The position numbers and the translations under genes were made by a program. From Elsinoe ampelina (lineage: Eukaryota), in assembly GCA_010093995.1 (NCBI GenBank), contig ML992511.1, positions 701,516 to 765,515 on the forward strand: a DNA stretch of 64,000 bases, written 5' to 3'. Position 1 is the stretch's first letter. Each line of letters starts with the position of its first letter. This document shows, one piece after another, positions 26,140 through 37,696 of this stretch. The notes beneath the pieces are model-generated. The model saw only the letters and a list, made by a program, of their open reading frames with translations, ran no database searches and was not told the DNA's origin.

Positions 26140-29100
26140 ATGTGCTTAATTAAAGCTATTAAGCAAGCTCTCGCTCTTAACAATAAAGGCTATAGAGACT
26201 TATATAGTCTCTTAGAGGATATTATAATAGGTAAAGGCATAGTTAGAAGAACATTTAGATTAATTTCTAATAGGAGAAGATTAGAGAAGGAGGTACTTCT
26301 AGTAGCACTAGATAGTAATAACATTCGGTACACGTTTCGGCGTATAATAGAGCTCTTAGAGAGCGGCGATAGTTAAGCTACCTTTCGTGCTCTTATCTAT
26401 AAGATAAGTACCAATTTTAGACGTTAGTGGGTATAGTTACACTTAAGATTATATAAGCCTAAAGGAGCGTAGAATAGTACTAATACGCTTACCTCGAATA
26501 AATCCTCGAATTGCTAATTGCAATTATAAGCGCCTTTACTCTCTAATTAACTAGACGATATACTATTAGTAGTTCGTAAGGATAGAGAGATACGTCCTAT
26601 CTACTCGATTAGAGATCTCCTACTTATACGTTATAAAGCTATAACTACTATGTCTAAGGAGAATATAGATATTAAGTTCGATTAGCTAAGGGTAATATCG
26701 ATTATAACGGACTACTATATATATAATAAGCAAAGCAATGTCATAGGTTAGAAGAATAATAGAACGCCGTATTTCGCTATAATAGAGAATACTATCTAGT
26801 TTAAGGCTATTATCTTATCTAAGATATTACATAGTTTACCTCTTTATATCCTAATAAGGTAACAAGATTAAGGAAAGCATCTAGCCGAAGCAAGCATAAA
26901 GGAGAATAGTCTAGTAGTAGACTAAGTCGAACTAAAAAGTAGTAGAGTAATCTACGCTAAGCTATATCTACTACTAAACCTTAGAGTTTTAGTTCGTTTA
27001 CTACGCTTTATCCTTCCTTGCCTTTTAACTAAATCGCCCTTTAGAATTACTTATCTATTCTTCTACTATTAATCTATCGGGTCTATTAGTATCTTTCGGC
27101 TAGGCTCCTAAGTATAAATATTAATTACACTAACCTTGTTTCTCTAGCGGCTAATATCTAGACTATAGAATTAAGTATATAGGCTTCTCTTATCTATTTA
27201 GGTGTTAAAGTATAGTCTTCTAACAGTCTCTTTAACTAGCTAGAGGCTTAAATTAGAAGCTCTCTACTATATATATACGGAGAAGAGTATAATTACGTTA
27301 GTAGCTAGCAAAAGCGACATAGGACCTAGTAGCCTAAATAGCTTAATAGATAGTAACTCCTAGAGAAAGACATTACACTTGTTTAGTAGGAAGTAGGCTA
27401 ATTACAATTAATAGCAAAGAAGAACGTAAGCTTAATTAGACAACTCTAGTAAGAGAATAATATACTTAGGGAGCACATTAGTAAAGCTTTTTACGCGTTT
27501 AGTATCGCCTCTACGGACCTTACTAGTAGAGTATTAAGGGGCTTATTCGGATTAAACAAGGGTATACGACGCTATACTAATAGTGCTACTCTACTATTAC
27601 TATGTATAGTTACTAATAGCTAATTAACGCCTGCCCCCTATTACGATATAATTAGTAGAAGATAAGCTACTCTATCTAGCATGTCTTATTTAGACACCCT
27701 AGATAGTAAGATAGTAAGCAATTAATGCTTTTAGCACTTAGAAGATATACTACTTAGCAAAGGGAGAACTACTAACGTAATTAATAAGGGAGCTACTATA
27801 TGAATTATACTACCTATCTATATATATAATAGCTAGTTCCTATAGTCTTTCGAATTAGTATATAATTGCTCGGTCTAAGTTTAATCTATAATTTCTCTCT
27901 ATATATTTCTACTCTAATTGTTACTTAACCTAATAACAAATACTATATTTAGTTTAAGTATTTAGTCTAAGTAAGTTTAAGCAGCTTTCTTTTTTAGTTT
28001 AGCTTCTAGTAATTAGCACTCCGCGAGTTAGACCTAGCTACAGGTCTAATTTAATACTCTTACTAGTTAAGATTACCTTAGGGTATAGGTAGATATAACT
28101 AATTCTAATTAGAAGAAAGTTACGCACTCTAAATACCTAACTAAGCTATTATCTAACTTAAACTAACGCTAAATTACTGTAACGCACATAAGATAACTAT
28201 CTATCTCCCTTATAGTATATATTATTCCGGCCTGCCTTACTAACTCTCTTATACCTATATATCTCTTTATTAGAACTATTATAAACTAAGATATCTTAGG
28301 CACGTTAGCGCCTACATAGCTTAGACTATAAGACCGATAAGTATTCCAAAGATAATAATTTAAGTTATTTTAACTAGGATAAAGCAGAGTAAGGCTTTAG
28401 CATTAAGAGAGACTAAGCTAACTACGTAGGCTATAAACACAACATCAAAGACGAAGGAGAAGGCATAAATTAGACATTACTACTCTCGATCTAAGTTTAA
28501 GAGAGTTATAACCTAACAAGAATAGTCTAACGTTAGCCTCTACGCTAGTTAAGATAGTAAAGCGGAGGTAATAGAACATACTAAACTAGTATCTCGACAT
28601 TTTCGAGGTAGTACGTAATAATCTATATATAAGTATAGCTATCGGAGTAGATTATAATACAATATTACTAACATTAGACAATTAATAGCTACTTCTATAG
28701 ATTATATAGTACTAGCGCTTAGTTCGTAACTAGCTACTAGTACTTTATCTATAGAGGACTATAGGCAAATACCCTTCCGTAGTTATAGCTAGTAAGGTAG
28801 GTTACGTAGCTAAAGCTAATTACTTATTAATATATATATAGCTCCGAGAGGCGCTCTACTATAGTTATAATAACATTATACAAATAGTAAGCGAGATACT
28901 CTACTACGAATAGCTAGCTAAGAGGCTAGAGAATAGCGAGCTACCGAATTAGGTACGTAGGCTACTAGAGGAAAGAAAGTACTAATACAAGGACGGCAAT
29001 TTAGTATGCGCTAGATATACTTATTAATTAATTGCTTATATATAGTAGCGTAAATGCTTTAGGAGTCCTTTAATATATAAAGCCTTCTAAGTAGCCTTTA

Positions 29101-30400
29101 TTAGACATATAGGCTTAGCTATAATAGCTAGTACTTACTATTACTTTAACGAACTAATACTCTTTCTTATTTCCTCTCTCCTAGCGACGATTTATATACT
29201 CTTAGTTAAGTAAGCAAACAGGGTCAAGTCCTACTTACCTAAGGGAACGCTAGTATTTAAACGTATAGAACCTTTAGAACTTAATTATGTCCGACTAAGT
29301 ATTTAGAATAACTTCCTAGCGTAGATTAGCCCGAGATAGGTTCTTATCCTTCGTTAGCTAAAACTTAGCTTTGCTAAGTACGTTAAGAGAAATAGACTTA
29401 CTATTGTAGTAGTAGTATTAAATATATCTCTTTACACTAACACTATAGAGGGACTATTAGATAGAGAGGATATAAGGGAAAGGTACATATATACCTTCTC
29501 GTTTTAGTTCGGCCTACCTAACTTTAAACTAACTTATAGAGAAGTTAGGTATATAATAACAAGCCTAATAGCAGAGATAATAGCTATTATATAGTACTAG
29601 TACAAAATGCTCCTACTAAGCACCTTTTAAGAGGTAAGCTTAATTCTTCTATTAGCTTCTTAAGTTTAATACTAATAGATTAAGAAGAGTGTCTAATTAA
29701 GGCTAAATACTCTATTATAGCATATTAAGGTACTACTTAGTTCGCATATAGGAGCGAAGTACTAAATTGCCCTATAGTAACTCCTACGATAGAAGCACGG
29801 CTGGCGTAGATACCTAATATAGACAGTAACCTTGTTATGACTTTAACTACTACTAAACTAAGTTAGGTTATAGTTAGTATACACGAGAATCGATAGACTT
29901 AATAGCGACATTTACCCGGGCTACTTAATTATATACGTGCTATACTATTCTAAGACGGACAACTTAATAGCGATTTACTAGCGGTCGAGGCGTAGTAGAA
30001 GGATTTCTTAGGTATACGGACGTAGATAAACTTTTTATCCTTTATACGTAAGAAGTTTAGAGGCCTACTACGTAAACTAGTCTTATAGTACCGAATCGGC
30101 CTAAAGTATAGTAGCGGTATCTTAGACATTAAGGAGGACAGACATTCGCTAGATAGAGATACTTTTATAGAACTAAGGGATAAAGATATAGAATTATAAG
30201 AAGATAGTATATATATCGTTATTAAGAGTAGTGTCAGGTAGAACGTAAAGTAATATATATATTCTAGCGACCTTATATAATTTTCTAGACGTAGTAGACG
30301 AATTACAAGGTCTATATAATATATAGACATATATAATGTATACTACAAGGTAAGCTACGTAATAGAATATTTCTATAATTAATATTATTAAGCTTATAGA
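26140..30400 (+). pseudogene. Several RIP-destroyed plus-strand ORF relics of unknown function
   Basis: Long protein-like frames broken mainly by TAG/TAA at positions consistent with CAG/CAA/TGG (e.g. ~26140-26430, ~27440-27800, ~28750-29450, ~29950-30300). Confidence 0.5.
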
Positions 30401-30433
30401 GTAGATATAAACTAATTACTTCGCGAACTAAGA

Positions 30434-30983
30434 NNNNNNNNNNNNNNNNNNNNNNNNNNNNNNNNNNNNNNNNNNNNNNNNNNNNNNNNNNNNNNNNNNN
30501 NNNNNNNNNNNNNNNNNNNNNNNNNNNNNNNNNNNNNNNNNNNNNNNNNNNNNNNNNNNNNNNNNNNNNNNNNNNNNNNNNNNNNNNNNNNNNNNNNNNN
30601 NNNNNNNNNNNNNNNNNNNNNNNNNNNNNNNNNNNNNNNNNNNNNNNNNNNNNNNNNNNNNNNNNNNNNNNNNNNNNNNNNNNNNNNNNNNNNNNNNNNN
30701 NNNNNNNNNNNNNNNNNNNNNNNNNNNNNNNNNNNNNNNNNNNNNNNNNNNNNNNNNNNNNNNNNNNNNNNNNNNNNNNNNNNNNNNNNNNNNNNNNNNN
30801 NNNNNNNNNNNNNNNNNNNNNNNNNNNNNNNNNNNNNNNNNNNNNNNNNNNNNNNNNNNNNNNNNNNNNNNNNNNNNNNNNNNNNNNNNNNNNNNNNNNN
30901 NNNNNNNNNNNNNNNNNNNNNNNNNNNNNNNNNNNNNNNNNNNNNNNNNNNNNNNNNNNNNNNNNNNNNNNNNNNNNNNNNNN
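30434..30983. other. Assembly gap (550 N)
   Basis: Run of N. Confidence 1.
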
Positions 30984-31119
30984 ACCTAAATTCTATAGTT
31001 ATAGTTAAGGTAGTTCTTAATAGATTCTAATACTTAAAAAGCAAGATAGTAGAGAATTAACTAATAAATAGAGTAGGAAAGTAACTAAGTAATGTACTTA
31101 TATAGGGGTAGTTATACTA

Positions 31120-31277
31120 GGCTTATAACTATTAACTTATATAGGGGAGGAAAAAGGATTAATTACTACCTATACTACTAAAATAAGGTAGATTATAACT
31201 ATATAAATACTTAACCTAGTGTACTAAAAGATAGCTAAATTAAAAGAACTCCTTAATAGCAATAGATTAAGACAATA
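31120..31277 (-). mobile_element. PBS (31120-31129) and probable 5' LTR (31130-31277) of a copia element, likely the outer element
   Basis: GGCTTATAAC (minus GTTATAAGCC, same PBS type as 5238-5251) followed by TATTAAC...GACAATA (RIPed TGTTG...CAACA); CpG-free like the outer copia. Confidence 0.65.
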
Positions 31278-31571
31278 ATTATCTAATTTGATTATAGATT
31301 AGTAAAATGGTGAGATAGTGTTTAGTTTAACCTTGGGATGAACTGAATCAGGGTCTTCTTGGCGCTCCAGCTTATACCTCGGTTGACAAGTGTCAGTCTG
31401 ACTTTGGGCCTCTTCGTTCGTTTTATCCCTCTCTAGACATCTTTCCCCGTACGCTGATCAAATAACGTCGTTGCTTAATGTCCATCTGCACGTTACAGGT
31501 CGGATCAAGATGGAACGGCTCTCCTAAATCGATAAGCATATTATCAATAAGCTATCTGAACCCGCATTGAG

Positions 31572-31615
31572 CAGCGTCTTGCAAGCGTCTTGACAGCGTC
31601 TTGACAGCGTCTCGC
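31572..31615 (+). repeat. 11-bp tandem repeat x4 (CAGCGTCTTGA-like)
   Basis: cagcgtcttgc aagcgtcttga cagcgtcttga cagcgtctcgc, ~480 bp upstream of the cyclin-like ATG. Confidence 0.8.
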
Positions 31616-32091
31616 CAACGGCAGTACTTCCTGAACTTGATTCAGTTTTGCGTCCATCGCCGACAATAGAATCGAGACATATCGCCTTCCTGATCCTGCT
31701 GACCTCGCTTTAGCCGCTCAGACGAGCTGTCGGGTTGATCCTAGAGCTGTCTGGCACGATGTCCGGCAGCCACATCTACTCCGGATTGTTCCATGAGTGG
31801 CTGTCTCAATCCGACTGAGACCCATGTGTTCGTCTTGTCTCTCCACAAGTTTGGCGGCTCAAAGGCGATCACGACATTAAAAGTAGGCTGCATTCACATT
31901 CACATGTCTTTTCGTTCCGGAACAATTACAGTCGCGTCGCTCTTTCTCAAAATCATTCATCTACCTGTCAGCTCTTGCCTTTCGTCACTCCCGTTGTCGC
32001 CGTTACAATAACAGCTTCTGCTTATCACAAACGTTTCTTACCTCCAGCACCCGTGTCATCATAACGGTTACGACAATCCACGACCATTTCT

Positions 32092-33042
32092 ATGGAGACT
32101 CCCCCGCCTGAAATCGAGGTCGTAGTGGCCGAACTCACACCAGAGGTACCGCGACCGAGACGACGCAGGATGTCTATCTCAGCCCCCATGTTCTTCAGCG
32201 ATATGGTCCTTGAGGACTCGCTTGATGCATACCTCAAGGAGCTTGGCCCCGTCCAAAGACTTCCCACACCGCCTCCGGAGCCTCGTGAAAGGAAGCAGTC
32301 CATCTATCCAGTCACTCTCGCCAGTCCAGACGAGATGATCTACGAGGACAAGCGTATGCTCAGAGGTATGATTTATTCTCAATTCACATCTGCCAATACT
32401 AACGAGTGACCAGGCATTGCCCGCAAACTCAGTATCATGAACGCCCACGCCAGTGGATGCGCCGCTGTTCCCATCTCCACAATCGTTCAGTACCTGGAGG
32501 CGGCCAAGTTGTCTCTAGGATGCATCGCTCTTGCATACAACATACTCGCCAACTACAAGTTGTCGATCGTCCACCACAAGCGTCACGACTCTGCCGGTCC
32601 GATAGTAGATGCTTTTCTTGACGGCGAATTCAACAGTATGCCTCGCCCGGAACTGGTCCTGCTCGCCGCGTTCAGGCTCGCTTCTTCGTTCCTTGACGAC
32701 CATCCTACGCCGGTCTCATGGTGGACCAAGACCGTCACTCACAACGCCTACCGCGAAGAAGAACTGCTCGACATGACTGCAGACATGTTCGCCATCGTTG
32801 GCTGGAAGCTTCCCGTATTCGCAGCCCCAGACGCCATCAACTCGGCACTTGCATCTCTGCCCGTGAAAGGCTTACCCAAGAAATCCGCCCAGCATCCTCC
32901 AAAACTCGAGGTCGACATTCCACAACAGGTCAACGACGTCAATTTCCTCGCACCTCAAGGCCGCAGGAAGTCTTCATCGGTCGATCCTGTGTCACCGTAC
33001 ACTATCGTCAGGAGGACTTCTGGCTACTTTGCGATGTCATGA
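32092..33042 (+). CDS. Cyclin-like protein (Pho80/Pcl-type cyclin box), ~300 aa; join(32092..32365,32414..33042)
   Basis: Intron GTATG...TACTAAC...CAG joins the two ORFs in frame; LVLLAAFRLASSFLDD...SWW...EELLDMT..MF.IVGWKL resembles the Pcl cyclin-box pattern. Confidence 0.7.
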
Positions 33043-33937
33043 GAGCTTGTATCCTGCTCACATCTTCCGCCAAGTACTTCTCAGAGCTTGCAGGCATACT
33101 TGCGCAGCTCCAACAATCATCCGGCTACATCCTCTGACGTGCTGGCTGTGCGACATTGGGCCAGCCTCGCCCGCACTGAAGCAAAGAGGGGTACCGCACT
33201 ACATACGAATGAAACGAAAAACGCCCTGGCGGTCTTGTACAACATCGACATCAGACGGCAAGGCTGAGCCGCCCTCCAACTTTATCAGACAGCAGACCGA
33301 GGGGAGAATAAGCATATTGTATAATACTAGTCATAATCGTACGATTGTAACATAGCATACCCGCAACACGAATTCGATGGGACATTTCCAGGACCCGCAG
33401 TTGACTCCGTACCTGGCCGAGAGCCGCATTTGCTGGAAGGAGGAGAAAGCGGTGAAGTGACATGCGAATCGCACCGATTGACGCAGGATCCACTGGCGAT
33501 CCACTGGGGATCCACCACGGCTCGGCCAGATTCAATTCATCAAATGTCCCCGTCTTCCCCCACCAAAAAGGTGAGCATTGACTGCGGGGCATGCATGTTC
33601 ACCACGGGTGCCTCGAATGAAACTTGATCTGGGCCAGGGAGGGCTTTTGTTGTTCCTGTGTCTAGAGGATCACGCTTAGAAGCTAGCCCACGACAGCCTT
33701 TTGGCGCAATTCTTGTGCACGTTGCTGTGGTGGAGAGTGGAGAGCTCAACGTTCCCAAGGAGCTCCCCCCCCGAGCTAGCCCCAGTGTACCTCTCTTGCC
33801 GTTTCTGTCCATCTTTCACATCACCATCAACTTCACTCTCTCTACCCTTCCCTCGAGCTTCTTCCCTGCTCAATTGACGAGCTCTCATCTCTCTTCCTCA
33901 ATCTTCAAAGTGAAGCTCCACACTTTATCCACCCATC

Positions 33938-36900
33938 ATGGCGAGCTCCACGACCACCTCTACCCGCCAGCGTAAGCAATCAACCTCAGCCCCAATCGGG
34001 GACCTCATGGGCCCGGTTGGTCCAGAGGGAATGAGCAGGCCCAAGCACAAACGTACTGTCACAGGTTTTGGTGCTGCTGAGATCAAGAGTGTTGAGGCTT
34101 CGATACCCGAACCTCAGCGGGCAGCATGGAAGAAACACGCAAAGGAGCCATTCAAGAGCAAGGACGAGTTTGAGGAGGCCACAGTAGCACATATCGAGAC
34201 CACTTTGGCTCGATCCCTGTTCAATTGCGATGAGGCTGCCGCGTACGGTGGTACCGCCCTCGCCTTTCGTGATCGCCTGGTCATCGACTGGAACAAGACA
34301 CAGCAGAGACAGACTCTAGCTGACCAGAAGAGAATCTATTACCTGTCTCTTGAGTTCTTGATGGGAAGGGCCCTCGATAATGCCATGCTCAATGTCGGCA
34401 TGAAGGATATTGCCAAAGGCATGCTTCACTCATCCAAACAACATCACAATCGCTAACAATGAGCAGATGGTCTCGCTGGCCTGGGTTTCAGAATGGAGGA
34501 CATCATTAGCCAGGAGAGAGATGCTGCTCTTGGTAATGGTGGTCTTGGACGTCTTGCCGCTTGCTTCCTTGACAGCATGGCCACCCTGAACTACCCTGCC
34601 TGGGGTTACGGTCTCCGTTACCGATACGGCATTTTCAAGCAGGAGATCGTCAATGGTAAGCACCGTGGCTTGAAAGTGCGATGAACATAATTGACTGTGT
34701 GTAGGTTACCAAATTGAAACTCCCGACTACTGGTTGGACTTCAATCCATGGGAGTTCCCGAGACATGACGTTACTGTCGACATCCAATTCTATGGCAATG
34801 TTCGCAAGTATATGGACGAGTCGGGAAAGCAGGTCTCCGTTTGGGAGAATGGCGAGATCGTCACCGCGGTGGCCTATGATGTGCCAATCCCTGGATTCAA
34901 GACCCCAACCACAAACAATCTCCGTCTTTGGTCCTCAAAGGCATCCAGTGGTGAATTCGACTTTGCCAAATTCAACTCTGGCAAGTATGAAAGCTCGGTC
35001 GGCGACCAGCAGCGCGCAGAGACAATCTCCGCGGTTCTATACCCCAATGACAACCTCGAGCGCGGCAAAGAGCTCCGTCTGAAGCAACAGTACTTCTGGT
35101 GTGCGGCCTCCCTCTACGACATTGTTCGTAGATTCAAAAAGTCCAAGAAGGCATGGAAGGAGTTCCCCAACCAGGTTGCCATCCAGCTCAACGATACTCA
35201 TCCTACCCTGGCCATCCCTGAACTCCAACGCATCTTAGTCGATATCGAAGGTCTTGAATGGGATGATGCTTGGAGCATCGTTCAAGCCACTTTCGGCTAC
35301 ACCAACCACACCGTCATGGCGGAAGCTCTGGAAAAGTGGTCCGTACCACTCATTCAGCATCTGCTGCCACGCCACCTCCAGATCATCTACGACATCAACC
35401 TGAACTTCTTGCAGTACGTCGAGCGTAACTTCCCGAAGGACCGCGACATGCTTGGACGTGTCTCCATCATCGAGGAATCTCAACCTAAGATGGTCCGCAT
35501 GGCCTTCCTGGCAGTTATTGGCTCCCACAAGGTCAACGGGGTCGCCGAGCTGCACTCCGATCTGATCAAAACGACCATTTTCAAGGACTTCGTCAAGATC
35601 TACGGTCCAGACAAGTTTACCAATGTCACCAACGGCATTACTCCCCGTCGTTGGCTTCACCAGGCGAATCCTCGTCTGTCCGAGCTCATCGCTTCGAAGC
35701 TCGGCAAGGACGAATACCTCAAGGATCTTACAGGTCTGAACAAGCTCGAGAATTACGTTGACGACAAGGCCTTCCGCAAAGAGTTCCAAGAAATCAAGTA
35801 TGCTAACAAGGTCCGTCTGGCAAAGTATATCAAGGACACCATGGGCGTCTCTGTCAACCCCTCTTCCCTCTTCGACATCCAGGTCAAGCGCATTCACGAG
35901 TATAAGCGCCAGCAGCTCAATATCTTCGGCGTCATTCACCGTTACTTGACGATCAAGGAGATGTCCGCGGAGGAAAAGAAGAAGATGCAGCCGAGAGTGT
36001 TCATCTTCGGTGGCAAGGCGGCTCCGTAAGTTCACAGGCACGAACTGACGATGAATGAACGCTGACACCCTTCTAGCGGGTATTATCTCGCGAAGACCGT
36101 AGGTATCTCCTTTCTCGAGTCTGTAGCGACTCGAGCATGTCATCGTTGCTTTCCAGCTTCAAGCTGTACACCACGGCTTGAGCAACACGGCTGACGCTTC
36201 ACAGATCATCCATCTTATCAACCAAGTAGGCGCAGTCGTCAACAACGATCCAGACGTTGGCGACCTACTCAAGGTCATCTTCCTCGAAGACTACAATGTC
36301 AGCAAGGCCGAGATCATCATCCCTGCGAGCGATATCTCCGAGCACATCTCCACGGCCGGGACTGAGGCTTCGGGAAGTACGTATTGCCACCGTATATCAA
36401 TGACTTCAAGCTGACACCCAACCATCGAGTAACATGAAATTTACACTCAACGGCGGTCTAATCATCGGGACGTGCGATGGTGCCAATATAGAAATCACAA
36501 GGAATGTTGCCCCTATCCCTCTACGCATCTCAGACGCTAATGATTTTTACAGAGAGATTGGCGAGCAGAACATCTTCTTGTTCGGCAACCTGGCGGAGGA
36601 TGTGGAAGATCTCCGTCACAACCACTTCTACTCCAAATTCGAGCTTGACTCCAATCTTCAAAGGGTCTTCGACACCATCAGGAGTGGCAAATTCGGCGAC
36701 GCCAACAGGTTCAGCGCCTTGATCAACGGCATCGTGGATCACGGCGACTATTACCTGGTATCGGACGACTTCAACAGCTACATTGAGACTCACAAACTCA
36801 TCGACGAAGCGTACAAGGACCAGGATGAGTGGTTGACCAAATGTATCACCACAGTGAGCCGCATGGGCTTCTTCACCTCCGAGTAAGTTCTCTCTCCACG

Positions 36901-37018
36901 GCAACTAGACTTCTACATAGTGTGACACTGCTGATCATCATATAGTCGTTGCATTGACGAATATGCCGAGATGATCTGGAACATCGAGCCTGTCACTCCC
37001 AAGGTCAACGGCGCTTAG
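33938..37018 (+). CDS. GPH1: Glycogen phosphorylase, ~887 aa; exons 33938-34418, 34467-34655, 34705-36025, 36077-36098, 36205-36376, 36426-36501, 36553-36882, 36946-37018
   Basis: [75 protein letters not shown] (PLP-lysine motif), DGANIEI; exon frames join to a stop at 37016-37018. Confidence 0.97.
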
Positions 37019-37696
37019 ACGAGTGCAAAGGGTACGGCATGATACACGTTGTCTGGTGTTATGAGACATGAGAGGGCAGAGACGGATAATTATATGGTAT
37101 AGCTACATAGAAAGAGTATCATACATATCCATGCTTGCCACCATGCTTAGCTAAACGTTTGCTTACTCACTCCCACCGTGACCACCGACGTTACTCCAGG
37201 TTTGGTGTGACACGAAGTCATCCCTGCCTGACACCTCCAGGCAGGTTCAATCCAAAGTCTCTGGCGATAGGCACTCCAGGATCATCTTCACGCACTAAAC
37301 ACTGCAGCACAACGACGGTACACATGATCAGGAAAGTCAGTCTGCATTGGAACGGCATCTGCAGACTAGGACAGGAAACTATGAAAACGAACGCACACCC
37401 TCGCATCCTCACTACGGTGGCTTTTCCGTCCCCTCTCCGTCGCTTCTGTGTCCTTTTTCTGTTACTTTTCCTGGTCGTCCAAGCCGTCATCAAATAGCAA
37501 GGTGCCATGTCATCCTCATCACTGGCCGTTGGTGATATCACCCCCTCGCCCCCGCACCACATCGTCCCGTCGCGTGTCAATCTCGGCTCTCGTGGCCGCT
37601 CGTCGTTTCTGGGTAAAACTCGTCTGGTGGGTTGTGACCCCATACGTCGGGTCTGGGTTGTGTCGTGATGATCCGGTTGAGAAGAGGAAGGGGTAG

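Larger units (their letters stand above)
6897..30433. mobile_element. Putative large composite DNA transposon (Plavaka transposase + SNF2 helicase cargo), RIP-inactivated; right end lost in gap
   Basis: Interrupts copia gag at 6896/6897; has subterminal 29-bp repeats; CpG-retaining composition throughout, unlike the flanking copia; contains transposase, helicase and other ORF relics; no RT or LTR found inside. Confidence 0.6.
1..31280. other. AT-rich RIP-mutated transposon block
   Basis: Extreme TpA excess and CpA/TpG depletion; relic reading frames have TAG/TAA at Trp/Gln positions; almost no ORFs in the six-frame track; abrupt return to ~50% GC near 31330. Confidence 0.95.

Noticed and set aside
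8213..30330. Short ORFs in the track at 8213, 12232, 19584, 22300 and 29950
   Set aside because: Leu/Ile/Tyr/Ser-rich RIP artefacts, mostly antisense to the real relic frames.
1..31280. AT-rich block as a centromere or Starship element
   Set aside because: Centromere status cannot be read from sequence; no tyrosine-recombinase captain relic was recognised.
31278..31282. ATTAT after the post-gap LTR matching the inner copia TSD
   Set aside because: The inner element already has both TSD copies (88-92, 5455-5459); a 5-mer match in AT-rich DNA is expected by chance.
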